From assembly GCF_009914755.1 (NCBI RefSeq), contig NC_060939.1: 64,000 bases of DNA, one strand, 5' to 3'. Source of the stretch: the human T2T-CHM13v2.0 reference genome, Homo sapiens. Under the pieces are notes generated by a model. The model saw only the letters and a list, made by a program, of their open reading frames with translations. It was not told where the DNA came from and made no database searches. The stretch's first letter is position 1. Each line of letters begins with the position of its first letter. The translations under genes and the position numbers were made by a program. Shown here piece by piece: positions 12,501-26,730 of the stretch.

Positions 12501-14734
12501 TTTAACCGCTGTTGCTTTAAAGTTTGTTTTGTCGGATATAAGAATAGCTACCCCTGCTTGCTTTTGGTGTCTTTTTGCATGAAATGCCTTTTTCTACCCC
12601 TTTAAGTTTATGTGAGCCCTTATGTGTTAGGTGAGCCTCCTGAAGGCAGCAGATAGTTGGTTTGTGAGTTCTTATCCGTTCTGTGGTTCTGTATCTTTTA
12701 AACTTAGCATTTAGGCCATTTACATTTAATGTTAGTATTGAAATGTGAGGTACTATTGCATTCATCATGCTCGTTGTTGCCTGTGTACTTTGTTTTTTGT
12801 TTTTTTTTTTTTTTTACTTGTATTTTTGTTGTATAGGTCTTGTGTAATTTATGCTTTAAAGAGATTTGGTTTTGATGTGTTTCCAGGATTTGTTTCAAGA
12901 GTTAGAGCTCCTTTTAGCAGTTCTTGTAGTGATGGCTTGGTAATGGTGAACTCTCTCAGCATTTGTTTGTCTGAAAATAACTATCTCTCCTTCATATATG
13001 ATGCTTGGTTTCACTGGATACAAAATTCTTGGCTAATAATTGTTTTATTTGAGGAGGCTGAAGATAAGGGCCCAATCCCTTTTAGCTTGTAGGGTTTCTG
13101 TTGCTAAATCTCCTGTTAATCTGATAGGTTTTCTTTTATAGGTTACCTGGTGCTTCTGTCTCATAGCTCTTAAGATTCTTTCCTTTGTCTTAACATTGGA
13201 TAACTTGATGGCCATGTGCCTAGGCAAAGATCTTCTTGTGATGAATTTCCCAGGTGTTCTTTGTGCTTCTTGTATTTGCATCTGTCCAGGTTTCTATCAA
13301 GGCCAGAGAAGTTTTCCTCGATTATTTCTCCAAATATGTTTTCCAAGCTTTTAGAATTGAATTATTCCTCAAGAACACCAATTATTTTTAGGTTTGGTCA
13401 TTTAACATAATCCCAGGATTTGTTCATATTTTCTTACTTGTAGAGGCTTTGTTCACATTTTCTTATTCTTTTTGTCTTTGTCTTTGTTGGATTGGGTTTA
13501 TTCAAAGACCTTATCTTTGAGCTCTGAATTTCTTTCTTCTACTTGTTCAATTCTATTGCTGAGACTTTTCAGGGCATTTCATGCTTCTAAAAGTGTGTCT
13601 AAAGTTTCCTGAATTTCTTATTGTTTTTTCTTTGAGATGTCTATTTCCTTTAATATTTTTCCCTTCACTTCTTATATCATTTTTTGGATTTCCTTGCACC
13701 AGGCTTTGCCTTTCTCTGGTCCCTCCCTGAGTAGCTTAACTAACCTCCTGAATTCTTTTTCAGGTGAATCAGGGATTTCTTCTTGGTTTAGATCCATTGC
13801 TGGTGAACTAGGTGATTTTGGGGGCATGTTGACCAGTCTTGTTTTGTCATATTACCAGGGTTGGTTTTCTGGTTCCTTCTCATTGGCATAGGCTCTATCA
13901 GAGGGAAGGTCTAGGGCTGAAGGCTGTTCTGATTTTTTTGTGCCACAGGGTTTTCCCTTGATGTAGTACTCTCCCCATTTTCCTGTGGATGTGGCTTCCT
14001 GTGAGCCATACTGCAGGGATTGTTGTCTCTCTTCTGGGTCTAGCCACCCAGTGAGTCTACCCTGTTATGGGCTGGTACTGGGGGTTGTCTGCACAGAGTC
14101 TTGTGGTGTGAACCATCTATGGGTCTCTCAGCCATGGATACCAGCGCCTGTTCCAGTGGAGGTGCCAGAGGGTGCAGTGGACTCCATGGGGGCTCTTAGC
14201 TTTGGTGGCTGAAAGCTCTTTTTTTGTGCGGGTTGACCTCCTGCCAGGAGGTGGCGCTTTCCAGAAAGCATCAGCTGTAGTAGTGTGGAGAAGGACCATT
14301 GGTGGGCGATGCCTTAGAACTCCCAAGATTGTACTCCCTTTGGCTTCCTGCTACCAGGGTGGGTAGGGAAGGATCATCAGGTGGGGGCAGGGCTAGGTGT
14401 GTCTGAGCTCAAGACTCTCCTTGGGCAGGTCTTGCTGTGGCTGCTGTGGGGGATGGGGGTGAGAGTCCCAGGTCACTGAAGTTGTATACCTAGGAGGATT
14501 ATAGCTGCCTCTGCTGAGTCATGCAGGTTGTCAGGGAAGTGGGGGAAAGTCGACCGTCACAGGCCTCACCCAGCTCCCGCACAAACTGTAGGGCCGGTCT
14601 CACTTCCATCATGCCCCCTGCAACATCCCCAAGTCTATTTCTAGGCAGAGGGCAAGTTGGGCTTGAAAACTTGCCTGAGGCTTTCCATCTTCCAGGTTCA
14701 GCTTCCACAGTAGGGATGTGTGTTCGGGAAAGGA

Positions 14735-15309
14735 TGTTGGGGAAACCAGCCCCACACCACCCAGTGGGTACCCCGAGTCCAGAAGAGACAAAGGAGTTAG
14801 AGACAGAATAAGTATCCAAAAGGCGGGTCCAGGGGACCGGAGCATCGGAGGCTTGCTCACGGCCCAGAGCTCTTGGGCTCTGCCCAATTTATTGGTTTAC
14901 AAGCTCTTTGTTCTTAGGGCAGATGGAAGGAGGAGGAAGGGATGAGGAAAAGGATTAAACAGTGAAGGAGAATTTGTGAGTCATTCGATAAGATGTATAG
15001 CAGTGGTGGTTTCTGTGAATTTCCTTGAGCAAAGGCATGTGTCTAAACTACTTAAGATCTTTAACTTATCGGGACTGATACAGGTGGGAGTGGGTTTCAG
15101 GAGGAGCCTAGATGTTTGATTATACTCCACTGCTTCAAGGGAGTGTTATCTCCCTGAGCAACCTGTGGAATGCCGTTATGCTCTCGGGGCCTAAGGACAT
15201 GAAGGCAATAAGGAGACTTTTCTCCTCAGAGGCCACCCATGGCTTCCCATGGGTGTCTCACACAGGGAAGACCAACTCAACTGGCACCCCAGAAACTCTC
15301 TTTCCCACA
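14735..15309 (-). mobile_element. LTR14B (HERV-K14/HML-1) solo LTR inside the L1 5' UTR
   Basis: 575 bp, TGTTGGGG...TTTCCCACA. The reverse strand begins TGTGGGAAAGAGAGTTTCTGGGGTGCCAGTTGAG. TSD AAGGA, and the L1 sequence resumes on both sides. Confidence 0.88.
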
Positions 15310-16528
15310 AAGGAGGGTCTCCTTTTTCTACTCCCAAAGATGCAGCACTCAAAGTATTTGGGGTGTCGCCCGGTCCCTGCAGCCGCCTTCCTTCAGGGGG
15401 TCTGTGGTTCCTCTCAGGATTGCTGGTTTGTTCTTGCAGTTCATCTGGAGCTAAAATTCACAGTGCAAGCCTCCACAGGCTGCTGTGTCTGTGGCTGCAA
15501 TCTAGTCCTGCCTCTCGTTTGTCTTGATCCATAAGTAGATTCTTAATTATGGAATTTGTGATTATTTTGTTTAAGTTATCTAAGGCAATTGTGTTCAGAT
15601 CTTATTTTGCCACTAAAACTACATTGGAAACACATTCCCTACCACTTGTGCTAAGAGTGGTTTTAGTGATGCAATTGCATGAAAGTTTCTCCAGAAATAA
15701 TTCAGAATTCTTGGACAGCTTCTATTTGTTTAATTCTTTGGCTTATCTGGACAGATTCGATTTTCCAATGAATTAGACTTGATCTTTTATAGAAATGTAG
15801 CCAAATAATTGAAAAGTAATTTTCCATTCATTATACTAGTTACTCAATCTCTTAAATGATTACATGAAGTAGATAACATATTTCTTCAAAGCATAAGAAA
15901 TATTACATATGAAAATGCCTTTAAGAATTTGAAGAAAAAAAAAAGTCTTCAATAGGAGTTTTGGTTGTCTGCTTGGGCTTGGTTTGAATGTTTTAACGAA
16001 GCTTATTGGTATTTTTGGTCCAAAACCCAGCATGACTGAGTCAAGTTGAATTGGACAGGGTTTGAGCTACTGAATCTGGAGGTTCAAACCAGAAATGTGT
16101 TAAGTTCCATCTCAGAGGTTATCTTTATCAGAAAGTTGTATTTTTTTCATGGCATATAAATACGCTTATCCCAACTGTGGGTGTTTTTTCTACCAAAAGT
16201 GCTACATTAAAAAGAATATTTTCTATATCACATGCCAAACATGCCTCCCTGTGAATTTTAGATAACTAATTTCCCGCAAGGAAGGTGACTATGGAGGCCA
16301 GCTTTGTTGTTTTTACTTTTGTGGGATTTTCATCTAGGAATTGGAATATAAAGAGTATAGCCATGATGCAAATTGAAATGACTGTAAGTCCCAGGCTTGC
16401 TTTGAGGAGTTACCCTCTGATAAGCATATGCACACACACGTACAACAATAACTCAAGAGGCCAAATGAGAGCACCACTAGGGTCAAATAAGACCATAATG
16501 GGAGGCATTGCACAGGCAGGAGGACTGG

Positions 16529-16930
16529 GGATATCATTTGAATATTTTGTCTTTTCCAACTCGCATGTTGACACGTGATCCCCCAGTGTTGGAGGTGGGA
16601 TCTAGTGGGAGGTGTTTGGGTTATGGGGGCAGATCTCTCATGAATGGTTTGCTGCCCTCCCCATGGAAATGAGTGATTTATTGCTCTATTAGTTCACATC
16701 AGAGCTGGTTAAGAGCATGGGACCTCCCTTTTCTTTTGCAATGTGACACAGCTACTTCCCCTTTGCCTTCTACCATGAATAAAAACTCCCAGAGGTCTCA
16801 CCAGTAGCTGAGCAGCTAGTGGTGCCATGCTTGTATAGCCTGCAGAACTGTGAGCCAAATAAACCTCTTTTCTTAACAAGTTACCCAGTATCAGGTATTC
16901 CTTTACAGCAATACAAAATGGACTAACACA
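16529..16930 (+). mobile_element. MSTB-type MaLR solo LTR
   Basis: Similar to 5061-5476, ends GGACTAACACA, TSD ACTGG. Confidence 0.9.
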
Positions 16931-16954
16931 ACTGGGAAGTCCCATCTTCAGGAA

Positions 16955-17228
16955 GAGCTGTTCCCAATCTTTTTGGCGCCAGAGACTGGTTTCATCTTGG
17001 GCAGTTTCATCCCAAAACTCATAAGGAGTGCACAACCCAGATCCCTCACATGCGCAATTCACAATAGGGTTCATGTTCCTGTGAGAATCTAATGCTGGCT
17101 GTTGTGACAGGAGGTGGAGCTCAGGTGGTAATGCTCACTTGCCTGCCGCTTATCTCCTGCTGTGCAGCCCAGTTCCTAACAGGCCACAGACCGGTATCAT
17201 TCCACAGCCTGGGGGTTAGGGACCACTG
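16955..17228. mobile_element. MER1B hAT element
   Basis: cccaatctttttggcgccagagactggtttcat...ggttagggaccactg with an 8-bp TSD (T/C)TCAGGAA. Confidence 0.88.
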
Positions 17229-18043
17229 CTCAGGAAGGTAAGAGCCAAGGGCAATAGCAGCGTGCCAGCGAAGAATCCTACCAGGTACGTTAGGAGATAG
17301 CTTAACACCTTTGGAATCCAGGGTCCTCTGGTAGGAAGATATTCCACCGAACCTACAGGCCAAAGTTTCTGTGCATGTAAGGGGTTTATTTTACTTAGCC
17401 CAGGGTCTGTGGTCCTCTGCTTATGAACTCCAGATACGTCTGGGGTAAGACATGGAAGGAGAGGGAAGAATGTTGGGCATGGAGAATCATCCCTGAGACA
17501 CCGCAAAAGGGGCAAGAGAGTACCCGCTGTGTAAAACATAATAATTACATAAGAATTAAATTTTGATCTTTTTCATAGACTGGTAACCTACACGACACAT
17601 ACTAAGAACTTAAAATATTTGAGTAAATAAATTAGTGAATAATGTATTAACACATAGTATCAGAGATCAGAGGAGACTACTAACATTAATGATGATTTCA
17701 GGTGTTAAAGCAATCACATTATGTACAATTTTTATTGAGTGTCTAAAAATACATCATATCCAGCTAATAATATAAACAATTTTCCAGTTATACCTAATAC
17801 TCATGGAGCACAGTAATGACTTTTTCAAAATTGAGGCATTAAATGTATTCCAGGGATACAAACTTTGTCTTAATATTTTATGAGCAAAATAATTATTGGA
17901 GCTACCTAGCAAAGGAATATGATGCCTATTTTAGATGTTTACATGATAGAAAGCAGTCAAGCTTTAAGACTGGTAAAAACTTTCCAGGCATATTGTAGAA
18001 GACTCCTACAATGAGTGAAAGATTTTAACCTCTAAGGTCCTTT

Positions 18044-18330
18044 ATTTTGTTTTTGAGATGGAGTCTCGCTTTGTCGCCCACGCTGGAATACCATCTTGGC
18101 TCACTGCAACCTTCACCTCCCTAGTTGAAACAATTCCCCTGCCTCAGCCTCCCGAGTAGCTGGGATTACAGGTGCATGCCACCACACCCGGCTAATTTTT
18201 GTGTATTTTTAGTAGACACAGGGTTTCACCATGTTGGCCAGACTGGCCTCCAACTGCTGACCTCAGGCAATCTGCCCACCTCGGCCTCCCAAAGTGCTGG
18301 GATTACCGGCATGAGCCACCGCGCCCAGCC
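18044..18330 (-). mobile_element. AluS
   Basis: Alu dimer with TSD AAGGTCCTTT. Confidence 0.95.
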
Positions 18331-19040
18331 TGAAGGTCCTTTTTTTAATTCTAAAATTCCATGACACTGCTTTGGGATTTAAAAAATTGAGTGAAAACCT
18401 GTCCATATACAGAGATAGTTCGATGCTCTCCAGAGGCACATCCAGGCACAGCACATAGGATCTGGGTGGAATAAACTTCTGTTGAATCAACCTGAAGGAA
18501 GCAGCACTGGCATGTGTTGAGGTTTCCTAAAAGAATGCAATTTGTATTGATTTAGTTCAAGCACTGTAAAGTTTAAGTTGTAAAATTGGAGTCAATTTCT
18601 ATTAATTTGATGATATAACTTTTACTAAGCATTCTCAATTTTCCCTCTTTTTAAAAGAAAAATTGGCTGTTTCCATGTCAGAAAATACTTGAAGCAAAAA
18701 GATTAAGCTCTGAGAGTTTATATAAAAACATTCATGCACTTGTCATTTAGCAGACACTCAGAAAATGTTAGCTGTATTGTACTGAGGCACAAATACGTAT
18801 TTGACAAGAGTTTGTTTTCCTTCAATAACAGTAGGAGTATTTGTTTTGTTTATTTCTGTAACCTTGGCATCTGATGCTCAACAAATATTAAATGAAAAAT
18901 CAATTGTGCTATGGTAAAATAATATAATAAAAAGCTATTCTAATCATATTCTACTTTTCCCTACTTAATTTCTCATAATAATCAAACATTTCAGTAATAG
19001 CTCATTTTATTTTAGTAAATATATCCATATTCATGATATT

Positions 19041-19128
19041 ATCTGGTCACACATATATAGGTAGAGAAATATCATCATTCCCATCTGGTCACACATATAT
19101 AGGTAGAGAAATATTATCATTCCCATCT
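19041..19128. repeat. 42-bp tandem duplication (2 copies, 1 mismatch) inside a reverse MIR (~18990-19230)
   Basis: ATCTGGTCACACATATATAGGTAGAGAAATAT(C/T)ATCATTCCC x2. Confidence 0.95.
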
Positions 19129-20822
19129 TACCAATGAAGAGAAACAGAGGTTCAGAGAGGTTAAATAATCACATTAGTAACTAGAATACAAATCCCTGCT
19201 TCAAGATTCCACGTTCAGGACATTTTCTAATAAACATGAGGGTTTATGCCAGCTTCAGAGGTACAGATCAAGAAAAGAGAAAGCCTGAACAATTTCTTCT
19301 GCATTTGATGCCTTTTTGCTTTCTTTTCCTTTGAGTTTGTGTCTTGTACAAGCCTGCAGTGTAATCTCTATTTCTTCAGTATCTGCTTGCAATCATTGTT
19401 ACATTTTTATGCTATTTGTGGATAAAAATGGTAAGATCTATTTCTTTCACTCCAGTAAGACTATCCAAGTTTCCGAAAGTAAGATTTTTCCAACGATATT
19501 TGTTCATTATGGATCTAGGGCACTGGAGGAGCCTCAAGAGAGCCATTGTTCCTGTAGTAGTGAAATGTTCCAACTACCCGAAACACATGGTTGTCTAGAC
19601 TGTTTTTAGGAATTTCCTTTAAGTAGCCTACTTCAGTGGTTAGTTGTACAGTGAAAAATTCCTCCCCACATACAGACAAATTTTCTCTGGGTCTGTGTGA
19701 AGCCTATTATGTTTCTGTCTTCTATGGAAATGAAGGACATCTGCTTCTTTTCTTCTTGAGTAGTACTTATAACATAAAATAGTTAATGGTCTCCTCACTC
19801 TTCTTTCTCTCGCACCTCTTCCTAACCATTGAAAGTAAACTTGAAGAGAATGATAATTACCTAGGCACTTAAGTTAGAGGCATTGGAAAGATTAACTTCT
19901 TCTCTTGCTTTTGTAGTAATTGTTTTGAATACTTTTGTTTTTTTAGGAAGAAATTTCCTAGGTCTAATATAGCAGGCATATGACCATTTATTAACCTCTT
20001 ATATGACCAGGTAATTTGGAACAGAGAGAATAATGAACACCATTCCTACTCTCCAGAGTAGTTTATGATCTAATTTGTCAGGGCATAATAAATAAGTATG
20101 GGACAGTGAGAGAGTGATTTCATGGTAGCACATATTTGTGTCAGAACGTGGTAGGCCCTGGACTGTGCCTTGATCTTATCAAAGTGAGACCTCTCTAAAT
20201 TCCTCAAGAGTAGTGTTATCTAGGGAACACTGTGTAGAAAAGGGCTATCTAGGGAGGGATTTTAATGGAGGCATATGATTTCGGGATGAGAGCATTTTTC
20301 CATGAACAGAAAATGGTATCACCAAAGGCAAAGATGTAGGAATGAGCAAGCTGTATTCAGAGTATAGGGGAGCAGGCCAGATAAGCTGGAGCAGAAGGTC
20401 CAATTTGAGAACAAGATGAGCTCAGCTAGATTAAGTTAGATTATAGGGGGCCTTTTAGATTCCTTTGTCCCTATGGTACTGACCTATTGCTAAATGCACA
20501 ATAATTGTCAGATGTGAATACACATTATAATTCACTTTTTTGGTACCTTATTTTTCAGGTATTTATTGATCAATAACGTGTCTGAATTATGGATTATTCT
20601 CACCAATCAGTGTTTGTTTTTTATCTTTCTTATACAAAATAAATATTTTATCTTTGAAAACAAAGCTTTCATACCTTAAGAAAACCCCATACATAGATCA
20701 TTTATTCATTCATAGGACTAATGTTAACTGAGTGTCCATCATGGACCAAGCACCAATCTAGATGTGGATGATATAGCATTGGATACGTAAGCCCATACTC
20801 TCAGGTAATCTATAGTCTAATG

Positions 20823-21042
20823 CATGGGTGTCCAATCTTTTGACTTCCCTGGGCCACATTGGAAGAATAAGAATTGTCTTAGGTCACACATGAAATACAC
20901 TAACACTAATGATAGCTGATGAGCCAAAAAAATTGCAAAAAAAAAATCATTGTTTTAAGAAAGTTTACAAATTTGAGTTAGGCTGTATTCAAAGCCATCC
21001 TGTGCCACATGCAGCCTGTGGCTTGAGGGTTGGACAAGCTTG
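20823..21042. mobile_element. MER30 hAT element within an L2 remnant
   Basis: gtgtccaatcttttgacttccctgggccacattggaagaa...ttggacaagcttg with an 8-bp TSD (G/A)TCTAATG. Confidence 0.9.
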
Positions 21043-23515
21043 ATCTAATGGGTTAAGCTAGAGTAAACCCCTACATTCTCACAATTCTTTAGTTCCAAAG
21101 AACATTCAACATGGCATGCAATGAATATGAGTAAAATAAGCTAAATAAGCAACAAACATGTTTTGGTGACCTATATACCAGGAACTCTTTGGGATGCCGC
21201 AGGGAATCCAGAGGGTAATAGGGTCTTTAATGTCAATGAGAAGATAATCTCCTGGTGCAAGAGGCCACAAACAAAATGACTTAAAACCTAAGCCAGACCT
21301 ACAAGAATATTACAGGAAAGTGCTGTGGTTTAGAGGAGAAGGAGAGCACTTGATGGTAGGACTGAGAAGACCCTAGGGGAACAGGTTAGGGAGCTTTGGT
21401 AGGATCTGAATAGTTACCAATACACAGAAGAAAAGACAGACACAAAATGTGGGCAAAGTGGTGTAGAAATTGTCTTACTTGAATCAGAATCTTGCATAGG
21501 CTAATAAAAATTAACTTTGACTCTGTCAGCAGGAAAAAGTATGCAAGTTCTGATGATCACAGAGAGTACAAGACTTTCTCTGTTCCTTATCCATATGCTT
21601 TTTTCCCTTTGGGGACCTGGTTGACTGGTTCGGACATCCATCTCCCTTTCCCTGTCCCCCATTCCAAAGGAGTTTTTTCACTAAATTTAGCAACAGGAAG
21701 AAAGAAGTAAAATCATCCAGGTGCCATCCTTAGGGTGACTGCCATTCACTTAAGAACATGTTTCTCCTCAAAGTGGAAATGCAGAAGCAGGCAAAGGTAA
21801 GGAAGTACTGGGGAAGAGCATGGCCTGGTCTCTGCAATCTGTCGTAGTGATTTCCAGTCTCTCCCACCCACTGCCCCATCTGAGAACAATGGGAGGATTG
21901 ACTTGCACTCCCCTCTTACTTCCCTCCCTCTGTGAGCCCACAGCCAGCAACCCAGTCCTCCTGTCTTGCCCTCGCTAGCTCCTCCCTTGGCCATTTTATT
22001 CTGGCATAGACTGAACAGGCAAATATTTCTTCATCAATTAGCAGCTGTTGAAAAGGAATGAGCTCCTGAAGGGCCTCTGAGGACCAAGAAAGCATCCAAA
22101 GAAAGCAAACCTGTAGTGGTTTCCATGGAGTTGTGCAGCCTGGAGGTAGAAGGGGATAACTTTATTTCGGAAACAATTTAATTACCCTAGTAGCTTGTTT
22201 ACACACTACGCAGAGTAACTAACACAATTGTTTCTAATTCTTGGAGAACAATAGATGAATTTCACTGGGCTGACAGTGGGACAGAGTGAGAACAAGAATA
22301 GGAAGAAAATCCTCTCTCACACATACCTGTGCCCTCCTTACTTTCATGGAAGTGAGAAACAGCCTTTCAGTGGCCACCATAGTTCTAACATCAAGGAGCT
22401 AGAATATTTTAATATTTAGAGATGATCAGTAGATTATATGCTTTTAAATATTCTATTTTCATTTTAAAAGCATGAGCATATTTTAGAGGATGCTCTAAGT
22501 TTTCTTTTTATTTTGAGATTATTAATAGATCTTATGTTTAAGTATTTTAACCTTTATTGTAACATATAGCACAGAACAAAGAGCCACATAGAACAAGTGT
22601 AAGGACCACAAAAGTCATCAAAGAAAACTTTGCCAGTCACCCCAGAAGTTCCTCCATACGTCTCATCAGTCACAGCCCCCACCCTCCCTCCAAAGTGACT
22701 TTTCATTGTAATCAATTCTTTGCATTTCTTGATAGTTTTTCATGCCCAAGATTGGATCCTTGGACATCAGTTTCACTTGTTCATTTTCTTTTAAACGTGA
22801 TGTCTTTTAAAGTCCCTTTCAGTGTGATTCCACATATCCTTCTGTGTTCCTGCAAGTTGGCCTCTGTGTCTGGAGACTGGACTCAGGTTTCATCCTTGAG
22901 GCAAGATAATAGGTAGGATCAGTGGGGAGATTTCACAAAGGCTCTGGTGCATCTGTTTAGTCCTTCCTCCATTCCCATGTGCCTCTTCCACATAGACACC
23001 AGTCACACAAAGAACTCTTAGCTGTTTGTGGCATCTCTGGCATAATCCTGTTTTGGGAATCAAGGAGTTACCTTGACACCTGTCTCATGGTAAATGTTTT
23101 CCTTGGGTTTCTGGCCTCAATAAGTAATTGCTTTGTTTGTCTCTGTGTGGATTTGGGAGGATCCAAAAATTAGGCTGCCATCTCTCACACATCTTCCTAG
23201 AATTCTGTGAAGTATGACTCTCTTTTAATCATATTGAATGCATTTTGAAGGTATTGATTCCTCAATTATTGATGAGAAAAACACTTGACACAAATCACTT
23301 TACTGGCAGCTTTTGAAGAACACACCCTGTATAGTGAAAGATGCTTATCTGGTTGTTCATTATTCCACAGTTAAATTGCTGCCAGAACTGTTGGTAGCAC
23401 TGCATTCATTCTTAGATATATATAGAAAATCACTTGTTTAATACTCCAGTGTGGATCTATAAGCACTCCCACCCCTGAAACCATTCACATGTGGATAGGA
23501 AAAATATGAAGAACT

Positions 23516-23805
23516 GGCCAGGCACAGTGGCTCACACCTGTAATCCCAACACTTTAGGAGGCCAAGGCAGGCAGATCACTTGAGGCCAGGAGTTTGAGAC
23601 TATCCTGGGCAACATGGTGAAACCCCCATCTCTACAGAAAAATACAAAAATTAGCCAGGTGTAGTGGCAGGTACCTGGAATGCCAGCTACTTGGGAGGCT
23701 GAGGCAGGAGAATCACTTGAAACGGGAGGCAGATATTGCAGTGAGCTGAGGTCGCAGCACTGCACTCCAGTCTGGGAGACAGAGGGAGACTCCAAAAAAC
23801 AAAAC
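23516..23805 (+). mobile_element. Alu (S/J)
   Basis: GGCCAGGCACAGTGGCTCAC... dimer with a short A tail. Confidence 0.95.
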
Positions 23806-24837
23806 TTCTGTCTAGATAGACTTTATTGAAAGCTTACACCTGAGCACGGCTTTTCTTTTTTTTTCCTCCTACCTGACTGAGTGCAGCCTTCCCACTCTTT
23901 GTTACCAATATCTAAATGTTCTTTCCCACTTATTCAGAGCCTGTGATATCCTCTGGTTTCACATGCCTGGTACACGGTTTTCCAGGCCTTGATCTGCCTC
24001 TGACGCTTTCACCCTCAGCTTGTTGATGTGAGAGCTGAACTCATGCCCATTTCTTTTTGGAGGTGGCCTTTTCTTCACCCTACAGTGGACTGGTTGGTTT
24101 CTGTTGTCATCCATGTCCTAGCATTGTGTATATCACAATGTGGTCTGATGACACTGTCACATGTCATCTAAAATTTCCAAAAGTATGAGTTAAAGAATGT
24201 ATAATTTCCCACCACATAGATGAACTAAAATATGTTTAGTTGTGCATCTAATACCTGTAGTTTACTTTCAGTTTTTCCGTTAAGAAACACAACGAAGTTT
24301 GAAATTACTTTTTTCCTTAAACCAGGAAAGAAAGAAAGAAAACAAAAGAAAAACAGCTGTAACACCTCTGAGTTTAGGTGCATAATTTATTGTAAACACT
24401 TTATTTTGAGAGGGGCAGTTGCAGTTTTGGGGGATCACTGATACCTCTTTCCTCAAGGGGCTAACTTTCCTGGGGAACTCCCTGCTTCCAGTAAAAGCTC
24501 CAATTCTAAATATTGATTCCAGAAAATAAGAGGCCACCTCTGTGAGGCCAGAATCCCCACTGGTCTTGTCACCTTTACAGTCAGCAATTCCTCTAAGACC
24601 TCTTTATTTCTGGTGGGATAATATTTCCACTTGAACACCTCTTTCCAGTGCCAGCACAGGGCAATACTGTGTCAGCAGTGTTCTGGAGGACTCTGAGTTG
24701 TTCAGATGTTGTTACTCTGACAGGGCATTGAAAAGGAATGCTGTCATAATAGAGAGCATGAGAAATCAAACAAAATGGAGTTCTCCTCATGCTTAAAATG
24801 TAGAGTCTAAAACCTAATGAATGGTCTGGACCCAGAC

Positions 24838-24896
24838 CTACCTAATTAACAAATCTGCACTTCCGGCACATGTACCCTGCAACTTAAAAAATAAAG
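24838..24896 (+). mobile_element. Very short L1PA 3'-end fragment
   Basis: acctaattaacaaatctgcacttccggcacatgtaccctgcaacttaaaaaataaa. Confidence 0.7.
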
Positions 24897-25414
24897 TACA
24901 ACTGGGGGAAAAAAACAGCTCTGTTCTGTGTTGAGATGGGTAATTTCCTCATCTCCAAAGGATGCTGCATCAGCAGGGGAACTCACTGGGAGTTTATTCC
25001 CAGCTTGGAGTTAGGATTCACTGCCTGAGACGAGAAACAAGACCTGCTGGGTAGTAAAGCTGGAGGGAGAAGTGATCAGTGGGAAGCTCACAAACTGGTA
25101 AACAGTGGCCCCAGGGGAGGGTCAAACAATCAGCAACCAATTTGTCTGAATGGCCCGTTAATCAGTCCTAGCTGGATCAGACAGCTGAGTTCTAAGAGGG
25201 GCCACAGTGCCATGTAGAATCACTGAAACTGCTTTTAAGCTTAGCACTCTGAGCCAATCCCCAGTCTTAATGAGGTGCTCTTCCTGTGTGCTTCCAGTGC
25301 CCCTTATATTTCCTATCATAGCACAGATGCCACTGGATTTTGTTTACTTATCCTTCCACAAGCTTAGAAGCTCTCAAAAATACTCTTTTGTCTTGCTTTG
25401 GAGCCCCCATACTT

Positions 25415-25590
25415 GTAGGTCTTAACCTTGGCTGCATATCAAAACTACCTACAGCCCTTTTTTAAAAAAAATGTAGCTGCTGGAGCTCCACTTCCAAAAT
25501 TCTAATGTAATTGTCCTGGCATGGAGCCCACCCTTGTTTTAAAGTTCCTCAGGTGTTTCCAGTATACAGAGAGGGTGAGGAATCATCCTA
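25415..25590. mobile_element. MER5B-like hAT remnant
   Basis: ggtcttaaccttggctgcatatcaaaactacct...aaagttcctcaggtgtttcc. Confidence 0.6.
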
Positions 25591-26529
25591 ACCAAGTTTT
25601 AATGCTTGAAATGCAGGTGCCCAGTGAATGTTTGATGGATGATGACTGAGTCAGTCCTGGATTCAGTCAACCAGGATGCAGCTAGAAGACAGCAGGATCT
25701 GGTCAAACCTGTATTGCTCGATCGCTTAAATGCTTTGCGAGCAATATGCCATGAAGGCAAACTTCATAACATTTTCTCTCCGTATAAACATCATTCATGG
25801 ACATTAGGCCAGTGCTACTTGCAACTATGGATGACAAGCCTTTGCAAACAGGGAAAATAAACTAGAGCCAAGTGTTATACCCTGGGCAGAGCACTGTCTG
25901 CCTCTGCCTTCTTTAAGAAGCCAAAGGCATCCGTGTGTAAAACCATTATATGACATTGCTAGGCTACTCCTGTTTCCCACTTCTGGTGAGAAAGACTTTG
26001 CAAAATACAACAAATCTGTCTTTGGCTATTGGTTTGTTATTGTTATTAAAGTATAAAAGAAAAGTACAATTAGTGAGCAAACATTCTATTACTTGTCGTT
26101 GTAGCAAGTCATCTTAGATTCTATATTACATTTCTCTGAAGTTGAATCAATATTTTGCTTTTCAGCACAGATTTCTAGCAAGGGCCTAAGACTTGGAATC
26201 TTATTGAAAATGACAGAATATGATATGACAAACTTTGCAAAGCTTTGCAAGATTTCACAAAACAAATTTATAACTTGAAGGAATTTATTTTAAAACAAAT
26301 TTAAGATGCATGTGTTCCATATTTAATCAGTAGATAACTTCAAAGGTCATGATGATCCTATAAATCATTTGTGGGTTTCTTAGGGGAACCTAGGGAGTCA
26401 AACTTACTTTGTCATTTAGTTAGCCTTAATTTTTAAAAAGAAAGAAACTTGAGCTATGCAAGTGCATTACACAAACCCAGAGTTTCAGAGCAAGTACGCA
26501 TTAGAGATGTTAACCACCAGTGTTTGACG

Positions 26530-26730
26530 ATTTGCGTGCGGTGAACTAAGTGCTTTACATTGTTCAATCCTCGTAGTACCATAAAAGGAAAAAACTATTT
26601 CATTTTTCCAATGAGGAACTAAGAGTTAAAGAGATTAAGGAATTGCTCAAAGTCATGCTGAGTTAGGAGCTAAATCTCCGTCTTGAGCATCTGACCCTAC
26701 AGCCTGTGGTGTCAAACCCTCTGCTGTGCT
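26530..26730 (-). mobile_element. MIR
   Basis: catttttccaatgaggaactaagagttaaagagattaaggaattgctcaaagtca. Confidence 0.7.

Noticed and set aside
13985-15534. Dense overlapping ORFs up to 140 aa
   Set aside because: They come from GC-rich L1 5' UTR and LTR14B sequence, and several cross element junctions.
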